The position numbers were made by a program, and so were the translations under genes. Of a stretch of 64,000 nt of DNA, positions 13,590 to 25,379 are shown piece by piece (position 1 is the stretch's first letter; each line of letters starts with the position of its first letter). Source of the DNA: Isurus oxyrinchus (taxonomy: Eukaryota); assembly GCA_026770705.1 (NCBI GenBank), contig JANJGN010001184.1, forward strand, positions 1 through 64,000. Direction: 5' to 3'. The notes under the pieces were generated by a model. That model was not told the origin of the DNA. It worked only from the letters and a program-made list of their open reading frames with translations, and made no database searches.

Positions 13590-13875
13590 GAGATAGGGAG
13601 GGTTACAGGGGCTGGAGGAGGTTACAGGTATAGGGAGGGGTGTAGGGGTTGAAGGTGGTTACAGAGATGGGGAGGGTTGTGGGGGTTGAAGGTGGTTACA
13701 GAGATGGGGAGGGTTGTGGGGGTTGGAGGTGGTTACAGATATAGGGAGGGGTGTAGGGGTTGAAGGTGGTTACAGAGATGGGGAGGATTGTAGAGGCAGG
13801 TGGAGGCTGCCTTAGGGAGGGTTGTAGGGGCTGGAGGAAAGGGACAGAGAGAGGAGGTTACAGATATAGGGAGGG
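13590..13875 (-). repeat. 37-bp minisatellite, inverse of the 16517-17925 array
   Basis: ggaggttacagagatagggagggttgtaggggctgga units. Confidence 0.8.
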
Positions 13876-14019
13876 AGACAGTCAGAGAGAGAGCCTCCAG
13901 GAGATAGAGAGCGATAGAGAGATTGAGAGACAGACAGAGACTGAGAGAGGGAGAAGAGAGAAGGAGAGTGAGAGAGAGACAGAACAAGTGTGAAAGATGG
14001 TGGAAGGGAAGAGTGGGGA

Positions 14020-14375
14020 GGTGTTGGCCTGATGGTATTTTCACTGGACCAGTAATCCAGAGACTCAGTGTAATGCTCCTGGGACCCTGGTTAGAATCCC
14101 ACCACAGCAGTTGGTGGAATTTGAACTCAATAAAAACCTGGAATTAAAAGTCCGATGATGACCAGGAAACGATTGCTGATTCTTGTATTTGGGTCACAAA
14201 TGCCCTTTAGGGAGGGAAATCTGCTGTCCTTACCTGGTCTGGCCTACATGTGACTCCAGACCCACAGCAAGGTGGTTCACTTTTAAAAAGTGGCCTCTGA
14301 ACAAGGGCAATTAGGGTTGGGCAATAAATGCTGGCTAAGGCAGCGATGTCCACATCACATGAAAGAATGAAATAA
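14020..14375 (+). mobile_element. tRNA-derived SINE with LINE-like 3' tail
   Basis: B-box-like ggttagaatccc and body gaaatctgctgtccttacctggtctggcctacatgtgactccaga; same family as 49905-50174. Confidence 0.65.
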
Positions 14376-14949
14376 AAGGACAGAGAGGGACAGACAGAGT
14401 CGAGAGACACCCAGAATGAAAAAAACACAGTAAACACTGGAAAATAAACATTCTGGTCTGATCTGGTCTTGTATACCTTCAAATGGAACACCAGTAAAAC
14501 AGGGAAATAAGAGTACTGGGCCAAACTGTTAGAGAGGGTCACATTAAGAGAGAGAGAGAGAGAAAGAGGGAGACACTGAAAGAGTTAAGGACAAGGAAAG
14601 AAAGAGTGAGAGAGAGACAGAGAGAGACACACAAAGAAGTAGAAAGAAAGTGATAGAGATGAAGCAGGAGAGAATGAGGAGAAAGATAGATAGATAGAGA
14701 GAGAGGATGGTAGAGAAAGAGAACGAGAGGAAAAGAGACAAAGGCAGAATGTGATGGAACACTGAATCCTTGTCTATGCGTTTTGAAATCCAGCCCAGAA
14801 CTATCATTGGAAGATTCAGCGAGTGTCCAGTACAGGGGACCCAGCCCAACCTTCTCATCCTGACCTTCCCAGTGGGGCTGAAGAGGGCAGAGAGGAAACC
14901 TTCCTCTGTTATTCTGTTGTCGAATAAACACAACAATTCTGGAACTCTG

Positions 14950-15550
14950 CCCTTTCTATCTCATGGATTAGAATATAAGGGGGCAGAGGTCATGCTTCAG
15001 TCTACATAAAGCCCTGGCTAGACCACACCTGGAGTCACTGTGAGACATTCTGGGCCCCACACCTTAGGAAGGATATATTGACCTCGGAGGGAGAGCAGTG
15101 TCAGTTTACCAGAATGAGACCGGGACTCCAAGGGTTAAATCACAAGGAGAGATTAAACACAAACTCGGCTTGTATTCCTTGGAAGTTAGAATGTTAAGCA
15201 GGAGATTTGATGAAAGTTCGCATGATAATAAGGGGAACAGATTGGGGGCGATAAAGAGAAACCATTTCCCCTGGTTGGGGGGAGTCTGGGACTCGGGGTC
15301 AGAGCCTAAAAAGGAATTAAATTAGGAAGTACAAAGGGTGGGAGAAATTTGGAACGGTCTTCCCCAAACTGAAACTGATGCACGATCAAGTTGTTCATTT
15401 TAAACCTGTGAGACTGATAGATTTTTGTTATCCAAAGGTATTAAAGGAGATGGGACAAAGGCATATGGGGCTAGTTTGCAGATCAGCCATGAACTCTTTG
15501 AATGGTGGAGCAGGCTCGAGGGCCAAATGGCCTCCTCCTACCCTTATGTA
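14950..15550 (+). mobile_element. CR1-type LINE 3' fragment
   Basis: gaatataagggg...ctagaccacacctggag...gatcagccatga...ggccaaatggcctcctcct. Confidence 0.75.
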
Positions 15551-15962
15551 ATAGAAACTTACCTGTCAGAAGCCAGTTTATGTTGATGTGAGTCTGAGTC
15601 GATGACTGAACCCAGTTGGTAACTTGTTCCATACAAAGCAAGAACGTTCATGCCCTTCAATGTTCCTGGATAAACCATGAACAAAGCTGGTGACAGACAG
15701 TCTCCACATGGTAAACACTGACCGATCAACACATGACATGGCTGTTAACCCCTAAACCTCAGCGTAAATCAGTTCCCCCTCGAGGCCCCTTGTCCGAAAT
15801 AAAAGCAACGCACACAATTTGTAAAATAGTAAGTGTCTGGCAGGAAGGAGGAGCAATGAGAGGAGTAAGGGGTTAGGGGGCGTGCGCTTCACCTGATTTG
15901 CCGACATAAGAACCAGCCCCTCTGTTTTTGCTATGTTGTGTTGCGTCAATATGAACACATAT

Positions 15963-16153
15963 TTGCACAAGGTGAAGGGCGTTGCGGAGGGACTGATAGT
16001 TCTCGGCGCCAGACAGTCAATGTCCCAGTGACCTTACTGCTGGTCCCAGGCCAGTGGGACAGGGAACATCGACACTGCAATATCCAGAAATGGGTGTGAT
16101 ACCACACAGCTACCCACCCGCGGCTGTCCCCTTCAAGTGTTTCAGGTATAAGA
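15963..16153 (+). promoter_or_regulatory. Putative hepcidin proximal promoter
   Basis: C/EBP-like TTGCACAA at 15963-15970, BMP-response-like GGCGCC at 16005-16010 followed by the SMAD box AGAC, and TATAAGA at 16147-16153, about 75 bp before the ATG. Confidence 0.6.
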
Positions 16154-16223
16154 GCAGGAAGCTCCTCTAGTTACAAACCAAAGCATCAAAGCAGAGCCAG
16201 AAGATCAGAAGAGACAGGCAGAG

Positions 16224-16315
16224 ATGGGAAGCTCCCAGATGAAATGGCGACTTGTCTTGTTCACTCTGACTTTGCTGCTCTCCCTGCAGCTGAGTCACTT
16301 CTTCTCCTTGTCGAG
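16224..16315 (+). CDS. hamp: Hepcidin exon 1 (signal peptide MGSSQMKWRLVLFTLTLLLSLQLSHFFSL..); frame is 1 nt out of phase with the donor
   Basis: Basic n-region plus Leu-rich core downstream of a TATA box; donor GAG|gttaag at 16315/16316. Confidence 0.75.
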
Positions 16316-16516
16316 GTTAAGCTAAGAGATGTCCCTCTGGGTGAGGTGTTTCTTGCACATGACTATACGTCTACCACCCAGATAGACTGGTCTCTTCCGC
16401 AGTTTGATATTATTATGTTCGTGCCTTTAATATTGTCGCCCTCTATGAATTTAACATCATTTCCTTCTGTCGTTTCCCCTGAAATTCTCATTCTTGTTTT
16501 CAATCCCTCCTCAGCG

Positions 16517-17925
16517 ACTCCCTATCTCTGTAACCTCCTCCAGCCCGTACAACCCTCCCTATCTCTGTAACCTCCTCCAGCCCCTACAACCCTCCCTATC
16601 TCTGTAACCTCCTCCAGCCCCTACAACCCTCCCTATCTCTGTAACCTCCTCCAGCCCCTACACCCCTCCCTATCTCTGTAACCTCCTCCAGCCCCTACAA
16701 CCCTCCCTATCTCTGTAACGTCCACCAGGCCTTACAACCCTCCCTATCTCTGTAACCTCCTCCAGCCCCTACACCCCTCCCTATCTCTGTAACCTCCTCC
16801 AGCCGCTACAACCCTCCCTATCTCTGTAACTTCCTCCAGCCCCTACAACCCTCCCTATCTCTGTAACCTCCTCCAGCCCGTACAACCCTCCCTATCTCTG
16901 TAACCTCCTCCAGCCCCTACAACCCTCCCTATCTCTGTAACCTCCTCCAGCCCCTACAACCCTCCCTATCTCTGTAACATCCTCCAGCCCCTACAACAAT
17001 CCCTATCTCTGTAACATCCTACAGTCTCTACAACCCTCCCTATCTCTGTAACCTCCTCCAGTCCCTATAACCCTCCCTATCTCTGTAACCTCCTCCAGAC
17101 CCGACAACCCTCCCTATCTATGTAACCTCCTACAGTCCCCACAACACTCCCTATCTCTGTAACCTCCCCCAGGCCCCACAACCCTCACGATCACTGTAAC
17201 CTCCTCCAGACCCTACAACCCTCCCTATCTCTGCAACCTGCTCCAGACCCTACAACCCTCCCTATCTCTGTAACCTGCTCCAGACACTACAACCCTCCCT
17301 ATCTCTGTAACCTGCTCCAGACCCTACAACCCTCCCTATCTCTGTAAAATCCTCCAGGCCCCACAACCCTCACAATCACTGTAACCTCCTCCAGCCCCTA
17401 CAATCCTCCTGAACTCTATAAGCTCCTCTCCACACTATAACTCTCCCTATCTCTGTAACCTACTGTGGCCCCTACAGCAGTGTCTATTTTGGTAACCTCC
17501 TCCAGCCTCTACAACCCTCCCTACATCTGTAACCTCCTCCAGCCCCCACAACCACCCCATCTCTGTAACCTCCTACAGCCCCTACACACCTCCCTACCTC
17601 TGTAACCTCCTCCAGCCCCCACAACTCCCCCATCTCTGTAACCTCCTACAGCCTCTACAACCCTCCCTATCTCTGTAACTTCCTACAGCCCTTACAACCC
17701 TCCCTATCTCTGTAACCTCCTACAGCCTCTACAGCCCTCCCTATTTCTGTAACCTCCTCCAGCCCCTACAACCCTCCCTATCTCTGTAACCTCCTACAGC
17801 CTCTACAACCCTCTCTATCTCTGTAACTTCCTACAGCCCTTACAACCCTCCCTTTCTCTGTAACCTCCTACAGCCTCTACAGCCCTCCCTATCTCTGTAA
17901 CCTCCTCCAGCCCCCACAACCCTAC
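16517..17925 (+). repeat. 37-bp minisatellite (about 38 copies) in hamp intron 1
   Basis: Unit ctccctatctctgtaacctcctccagcccctacaacc. Confidence 0.95.
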
Positions 17926-17939
17926 CTAAATCACTGGTC

Positions 17940-18545
17940 TGAGTCTCACTCCAGGGAATTCAGTCCCATAATGTAGATCAACGCTCCGTGCTGAGGGAGT
18001 GCTGCACTCTCAGAGGGTCAGTAGTGTGGAAGTGTGCACTATTGGAGGGACAGTACTGAGGGAGTGCTATACTGTCGGAGGTCAGTACTGAGGGAGTGCT
18101 GCTGTGTCGAAGGGTTAGTACTGAAATAGAGCTGCACTGACGGAGGGACAGTACTGAGGGAGCGCAGCACTATCGAAGGGTTAATACTAAGGGAGTGCTG
18201 CAGTGTCAAAGGGTTAGTACTGAGGGAGCGCAACAATGTTGAATGAGACATTAAACTGAGTCCCCCGTCTGCCCTCTCGGGCGGGTGTGAAAGATCCCAC
18301 AGCCACTATTTGGAGGAAGAGCAGGGGGTGTTCTCCCCGGTGTCCTGGGACCAATATTTATCCCTCACCCAACATCACCAAAAACAGATGATCTAGGCCA
18401 TGATCACATTGCTATTTGTGGGATCTTGCTGTGCACAAATCAGCTGCCACATTTCCTACAGTGTGAGTGCACTTCAAAAACATCCTTCAGTGGCTGTGAA
18501 ATGCTTTGGGATGTGGTGAAAGGCGTTAGAGAAATGCAAGTCTGT
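17940..18545 (+). mobile_element. Deu-domain SINE with internal 33-bp expansion
   Basis: gctgagggagtgctgcact repeats, then tgagacattaaac...aaagatccc...atttatccctca...gaaatgcaagtc. Confidence 0.75.
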
Positions 18546-18642
18546 CCTCCTCCCCCTCTCTCTCCTGTACCTCTCTCTCTCTCTCTCCCTCTCCCTCAAT
18601 CCTCCTCTCACTTTCTCCCTGATAAATTCTTTCTTTTTGCAG

Positions 18643-18699
18643 GTTGACACTGCTTTAGGTTCTTCGACGATTGAGAAATCTGTGGATTCCCCGGACACG
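18643..18699 (+). CDS. hamp: Hepcidin exon 2 (pro-region VDTALGSSTIEKSVDSPDT)
   Basis: Strong acceptor ttctttctttttgcag, 57 nt, phase 0/0, donor ACG|gtaggt; in frame with exon 3. Confidence 0.75.
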
Positions 18700-20239
18700 G
18701 TAGGTGGAAATTCATTCCTTATTTTAAGGTTTCTCCCTGCTCGTTTCTTCCACAGAAAGTTTTCTGATTTCAAGCTGATTTCAGTGGCAGTCTGTCTCGG
18801 TTATACTCAGGAGGCATGTTTGAAATCGAGCCCCCCCCGCCCCCACTTTTTTTGCAAAGCTGGGAAGAGACAATTCCAAGGAAGTGAACATGTCCCCACA
18901 GGAATTTTAAATGTAACCCACGCCGGGAATAGTGAGAGGGAGACTGATCCAGCCTGGGAGTGGGTTAAAGAGAGGCTGGGAGTCGAGAGTCGGAGAGAGG
19001 GATGGAATGGGGGAGGGAGGGATTGGAAGAGAGAGACAGAGAGTGGGACGGGGAGGGGTGAAAGGGAAAGAACATAGGTGGGAGAGAGTGACAGAGGGAG
19101 AAATTAAAGAAGAGATGCAGAGTGAGGGAAAGTGAAAAGGGAAGAGAGATTGTCCAAGAGAGAGAAATTAACAGGAAAGGGAGAGTTACAGAGTGAGCGA
19201 AAGGTACAAAAATAGTGTGAGAGAGAGGGAGAGATACAGAGTGGGAGAAGGAGACAGGGGAGAGAGAGGGAGAGAGACAGGAAAAGGGAGAGAGGAGAGA
19301 AAGATTGGGAGAGAGGGCAATTGAGCGGAAGAGTAGGAGAGAGAGAGACGGGGAGAGGAGGAGTGGATGAGAGGAAGCGAGAGAGAGATATGGAGCAGGA
19401 GAACACCTCCTCCGGTCCCGATGTTCCTCCAAAATCTCTGACATTACTGCATCTCCCGGGTCCCCCTGATTCCCATCGCTCCACCATTGGTGGCCGTGCC
19501 TTCAGCTGCCTGGGGCCCTGAGCTCCGGAATACCCTCCCTTAACCTCTCTGCCTCTCTCTCTTTCTCTCTCTCTCTTTTAAGACGTTCCTTAAAAACTGA
19601 CATCTTTGACCAAGCTTTTGGTCACCTATCCCTAATATCTCCATATGTGACTCAGTGTTAGACTTCTCTCTGATTTACGCTCCGGTAATGTGGGCTGGGA
19701 CATTTTGCAATATCAGAGGCGCTGTGTAAATGCAAGTTGTGAGTGTTATGTGGAAGGGAGACCCCAGGCGGCAGTCAGTGCCAGTGACTGGAGTCATTGT
19801 GTGCAGACCATATCTAATCTCTCCGAATGCACAATCGGTTTGACTGTCAGCCAAAGCATTTTTGATATTTGATCCTTCTAACTGTTTATAACCAGGCCTA
19901 CATCAAACACCGAGAGGCCGGTTAATCAACAGACACCTTAGAGGATCGAGTGAAAGACAAAGAGGACTTGCATTTCTCTAGCGCCTTCCAACCCATCAGG
20001 ACGTCCCAAAGTGTTTCGCAGACAATCAAGTGCTTTTTTCTTTCATGTGAGGTCACTGATGTAATGTGGGAAAAGAATCAGCCATTGGCGCACAGTAAGA
20101 TCCCACAGACAGCAGCATGATAATGACCAGCGCGCTCCCAGTACTTGCACTGCAAGTGTCAGTTCAGGGTGTCTGCTCGATTCTCTGCGATTCTCAGCTC
20201 TGAGTTAAAAGGACCACGAGGCGTAATTGAGGAATGACC

Positions 20240-20955
20240 GAGCTATCGGAGGGTCAGTATTGAGTGTGTGCTGCATTGTCAGAGGGTCAGTACTGAGGGA
20301 GTGCTGCATTGTCAGAGGGTTAGTACTGAGGGAGTGCTGCATTGTCAGAGGGTCAGTCTTGAGGGAGTGTTGCACTGTCGAAGGGTCAGTACCGGCGGGG
20401 GATGCACAGTCGGAGGGTCAGTACTGAGGGAGTGTTGCATTGTCAGAGGGTCAGTCTTGAGGGAGTGCTGCACTGTTGGAGGGTCAGTACTGAGGATGTG
20501 CTGCATTGTCAGAGTCAGTACTGAGGGAGTGCTGCACAGTCGGAGGGTCAGTACTGAGCGGGCGCTGCACTGTTGAAGGTGCTGTCTTTCAGATGAGACA
20601 TTAAACTGGGGCAACCAATCTGCCCTCTCAGGTGGATATAGAGGATTCCATGGCCACAATTTAGATGAAGTGCGTCAGGAGTTGGGGGTATGTGTGGAGG
20701 GGGTGGTGGGGGGTGGATGGGGTGGAGTTATGTCTGCTTTCCTGGGGCAAACATTTATCCCTCAACTGACATTGGTAAAAAACTGAAAATCGGGGCCATT
20801 ATCACATTTCTGTTTGTGGGATCTTGCTGTGCGTGAATTGCCTGCTGCGTTTCCTACATTACAGCGGTGAGCCCACTTCAGAAAAAGTCCTTCCTTCAGC
20901 TGTGGAACACTTTGGGCCATCCTGAGGAGGGGAAAGGCGCTATAGAAATGCGCCA
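20240..20955 (+). mobile_element. Deu-domain SINE with internal 33-bp expansion (hamp intron 2)
   Basis: About 10 33-bp units followed by the SINE body ending aaaggcgctatagaaatgc. Confidence 0.75.
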
Positions 20956-21040
20956 TCCTCCTTCCAATGACGCGCCTGATTGAAATGATGCCTTCTTTCT
21001 TTCCGGAATGTTCTCACCTATTGTGCTCCTGCTTTTCCAG

Positions 21041-21151
21041 GGCTCCTTGCTGCAGCGCCAGAAGAGAATGGGCAGATTCTGCAGATTCTGCTGTAACTGC
21101 TGTAATTCGAGAGAATCAAATGAGACTTGTGGTCTCTGCTGTAGATATTAG
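21041..21151 (+). CDS. hamp: Hepcidin exon 3: GSLLQRQKR|MGRFCRFCCNCCNSRESNETCGLCCRY*
   Basis: Acceptor gcttttccag, furin site RQKR, 8 Cys in the hepcidin C-x2-CC-x-CC-xn-CG-x-CC pattern, stop TAG at 21149-21151. Confidence 0.93.
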   Translation, partial: GSLLQRQKRMGRFCRFCCNCCNSRESNETCGLCCRY

Positions 21152-21494
21152 ACCCTGGCCTCATTCACGCAAGGTCATCCTGCACCATGCCACAGCCTCT
21201 CCCCTCCTTATCATTGCTTAGCAATCTATTTCACACAGGCCCTGTTCATTAATTCCAACTGAAACTTTACCTGCGTTTTACAGCAGGGAAAGAAGCCATT
21301 CGGCCCATCTGCTCCATGCTGGTGTTTCTGCTCCACACGAGTCTCCGCCCACCCCTTCTCCATCTCACCCCATCACCATATCCTTCTATTCATTTCTCCC
21401 TCGTGTGTTTATCCAGCTTCCCCTTAAATACATCGACACTATTCACCTCACGTGACTGTGTTTGTGTCTGTCTTTATGAGCGTGTGTGTGTGTG

Positions 21495-21945
21495 TGTGTG
21501 ACTGTCAATATGTGTGTGTCAATGTGAATGAGTGAGTGTGTCAGTGTGTCTGTGTGGGTGTGTGTGACTGTCAGTGTGTGTCAATGTGAATGAGTGAGTG
21601 TGTCAGTGTGTCTGTGTGGGTGTGTGTGACTGTGTCAGTGTGTGTCAATGTGAATGAGTGAGTGTGTCAGTGTGTCTGTGTGGGTGTGTGTGACTGTGTC
21701 AGTGTGTGTCAATGTGAATGAGTGAGTGTGTCAGTGTGTCTGTGTGGGTGTGTGTGACTGTGTCAGTGTGTGTCAATGTGAATGAGTGAGTGTGTCAGTG
21801 TGTCTGTGTGGGTGTGTGTGACTGTGTCAGTGTGTGTCAATGTGAATGAGTGAGTGTGTCAGTGTGTCTGTGTGGGTGTGTGTGACTGTGTCAGTGTGTG
21901 TCAATGTGAATGAGTGAGTGTGTCAGTGTGTCTGTGTGGGTGTGG
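21495..21945. repeat. TG-rich minisatellite, unit about 64 bp, about 7 copies
   Basis: tcaatgtgaatgagtgagtgtgtcagtgtgtctgtgtgggtgtgtgtgactgtgtcagtgtgtg. Confidence 0.9.
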
Positions 21946-23814
21946 GTGTGTGAGTGTGCAAGTGAATGTGTGAGGAATCTTATGACTAAGTCATTTGAAT
22001 GGATGTTACTGGGGTTAATGATAGTTAAAATTCAGAGAGATGTAAAGCGGGCTCCTGATTTTGCTGCTTTATGCTCCCGGGCACAGATTCACCCCGACAA
22101 TGTGTTCATGATTCACCATTATCTTGTCGGGACTTTAATTGTAAAGATTATGATTTGTAAAAAAAAATGAATAAACAACTTCTGTCTTCACAAAGTGTCT
22201 GGCTTGGTATTTCAGGCTACTTGTCTCCCCCTCACCCTCCCCCCCCACCATGCCCCCCACACCAGGGAACAATTGTCCCCCCTTCCTCTGAAGTTCTGGG
22301 TAAAGATCAGCTTTGTTCAATGCAAACTGTTCCGACATCGAGAACGTTGTTACAAATATCTCACAAAGGGCACACGCCATGATAGCCCACTTTCAACAGA
22401 TTTTACCAGTTGACCAGGTAGAAAAGCTTTTCATAAACCACAACGTAGGTGTTCAATTCTTGCTGCTGTTTGCTTAATGCTCTCATAACTGCTATAACCT
22501 CTCTAGTTCCACTACATAACAACACAAACATAAATAAACAGAAGCAGGAGTAGGCCTTTTGGCCTCCCAAGCCTGCTTGTCCATTCAATTTGAACCTGGC
22601 TCCTGCTGAAAGTTATTTAAGTTGAAGCGATAAAGCCATCAGGTGCAAGGATTAAAATGTAAGCAAAGGAAAAATAATACTTAGAGATGAGAGTTAAAAT
22701 CAGTTTCTGTCAAGTATTATAGTGAGGCCCATTGCTCTGGATTCCTTCTTTCCAGAGTGAAGGGTTTGAAACTAGGAGTCACATTCAGCAGCTGCATTGT
22801 CTTCTCTAGTCGACTGTTTGGAGGTTGCCTGTAGATGTGAATCAGCAGGTCAGCAGCTTTGAGGAGTGAGTGAAGGTCCCTTTTATTTACAGGATCTGCC
22901 ACAGGATGTGCAGGAATATTCCTGCTGAATCCCCCATCCTTGTATTCATGAAGGTTTTGAAACTGGAAGTCATATTCAGCAGCTGCAATGGCCTTTGTAG
23001 TCAACTGTCTGGAGGTTGCCTGTACAGGTGGACTCGGCATGTCAACAGCTTTGTTGGGCAGGGGACACGGGTAGTGAAGGTCCCTTTTCTTTAAAGGCTC
23101 TGCCAGTGCAACACTTGATGATCCTGGGTCAAAATCATGTATCACCCTCCCCAACAGCACTGTGGATGTGCCCTATGGAGGTTCCTTGGCTTCGACAAGC
23201 AGCCTACCAGCTCTACTCTCAATTCCTCTTCGCACTTGCTTCCTTCCTCCTCTGGTCTTTACTTTGTTATAGTGTTAGTGTCCGCTCTGCCTTTTTTGTT
23301 GCTTTCCCAATTCTTCCCACCAACTCTCTCTGGCTTGATCCTTCTCTGTGCTCATCTCATTGGTTTGAGTTTCTATCCGTTCATTGACCTGGTGTAATCT
23401 GAAACTGGTGCAATCAGGTAGGGGTGGGGGGGTTGGCGCTGGCCGTGGGTGGTGATACACGGCTACCTTTTTACCAAAATTCTTTCACGGGATGTGGACA
23501 GCGTTTGTTACCTGTTCCTGACTGACCCCTTGAGAAGGGGGTGCTGAGCTGTCTTTTCGAAGTGCTGCAGTTCACCTGGTTTGACTGGGCTGTGGCGGGT
23601 TTTGATATAACTCAGTGGCTTGCTCGGCCATTTCAGGGGCCAGTTAAGAGTCAACCACATTGCTGTGGGTCAGGAGTCACACGTAGGCCAGAATGGGTAA
23701 GGACGGCAGGTTTCCTTCCCCAAAGGGCATTAGTGACCCAGATGGGTTTTTGCAACAATTGGCCTTAGTTTCATGGTCACCATTACTGAGACTAGCTTCG
23801 CATTCCAGATGTCA

Positions 23815-24890
23815 CATCCAGTCGTGGACAATCAAACAACTCACTGGAGGAGGAGTCTCCACAAATATCCCCATCCTCAATGATGGAGGAGCCCAGCACA
23901 TCGGTGCAAAAGACAAGACTGAAGCATGCGCAACAATCTTCAGCCAGAAGTGCTGAGTGGGTGATCCATCTCGGCCTCCTCCTGAGGTCCCCAGCATCAG
24001 AGATGCCAATCTTTAGCCAATTCGATTAATTCCACGTGATATCAAGAAAGGGCTGAAGGCACTGGATATTGTAAATGCTCCAGGCCCTGAAAATATTCTG
24101 GCAATAGTACTGAAGACTTGTGCTCCAGAACTTGCTGCGCCCCTAGCCAAGCTTTTCTGGAATTTTCTAGTACAGCTGCAACACTGGCAACTACCCGGCT
24201 ATGGGGTACGTCCTGTACACAAAAAGCAGGACAAATCCAACCCAGCCAATTACCCAGCAGTCTATTCTTGATCATTACTAAAGTGATTGAAGGGGTCATC
24301 AATAGCGCTTTCAAGCAGCACCTGCTTAGCAAGAACCTGCTCACTGACGCTCAGTTTGTGTTCCACCAGGATCATTCAGCTCCTGCCCTCATTACAGCCT
24401 TGGTTCAAACATGCACAAATGAGCTGAACTCCAGAGGTGAGAGGGACTGCCCTTGACATCAAGGCAGCATTTGACTGAGTGTGGCAAATCAAGGAGCCCG
24501 AGCAAAACTGGAGTCAATGGGAATCGGAGGAAAACTCTCCGCTGCTTGGAGTCATACCCAGCACAAAGGAAAATGGTTGTGATTATTGGGGGTCAATCAT
24601 CTCAGTTCCAGGACATCACTGCAGGAGTTACTCAGGGTAGTGTCCTAGGCCCAACCATCTTCAGCTGCTTCATCAATGACCTTCCTTCCATCATAAGGTC
24701 AGAAGTGGGGATGTTTGCTGAAGTTTGCACAATGTTCAGCATCATTCACGGCTCCTCAGATACTGAAGCAAGTTATGTCCAAATGCAGCAAGACCTGGAC
24801 AACATCCAGGCTTGGGCTGACAGATGATAAGTAACATTCATGCCACACAAGTGCCAGGCAATGACCAGCTCCAACAAGAGAGAATCTCAC
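23815..24890 (+). mobile_element. Degenerate non-LTR retrotransposon RT region (CR1/L2 group)
   Basis: GVTQGSVLGPTIFSCFINDLPSIIRSEVGMFA and QQDLDNIQAWAD, with frameshifts. Confidence 0.85.
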
Positions 24891-25379
24891 TGAAGGTGCA
24901 GACTATTTGGATTTATTTTAAAGAGCCAGCCAGGACCAGCAGCTAGGGTGACAAAGCGTACACAGACAATCACATCCTTACGTGAAAGCTAAAAACCTGT
25001 ACAAAGGGTTCAGCTGTAAATTTGCAATGAGGAAATGGGAGACACACACACAAGGACACAGGGTGACTCAATCAAGAAATGGGGAAGGTTATTTCACACC
25101 CTCCGATGGCCTTGAACCACATCCAGTCAGCCTCCGGAAACCTTTTGTAGCGAACAAACATAGATTCTTTGCTGTCTCAAAAGGACAATAGCCAGTCTCT
25201 GCCCTGTAATTACTGTACAAGAACACAATTATCAGCCCACCGGAGGGTCATTGTGCTGTGGCCTTTGTCTAACTAATACCATTACCTTGTAACTGAGAGT
25301 AAAAAATATATAAACTGTGCTCATTTGAACCTCGGTGGAGAAGCACCTGGACTGCCCAGGAATGGCGGCTAAATGAGCT

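Noticed and set aside
16244-16570. 108-aa ORF as a standalone gene
   Set aside because: Alternative frame of hepcidin exon 1 running into the intron.
16517-17925. Regular 37-bp and 33-bp arrays as CRISPR-like
   Set aside because: No unique spacers, no cas genes, vertebrate context; these are minisatellites.
20967-21221. 84-aa ORF over hepcidin exon 3
   Set aside because: Wrong frame; the furin site and 8-Cys pattern are in the frame starting at 21041.
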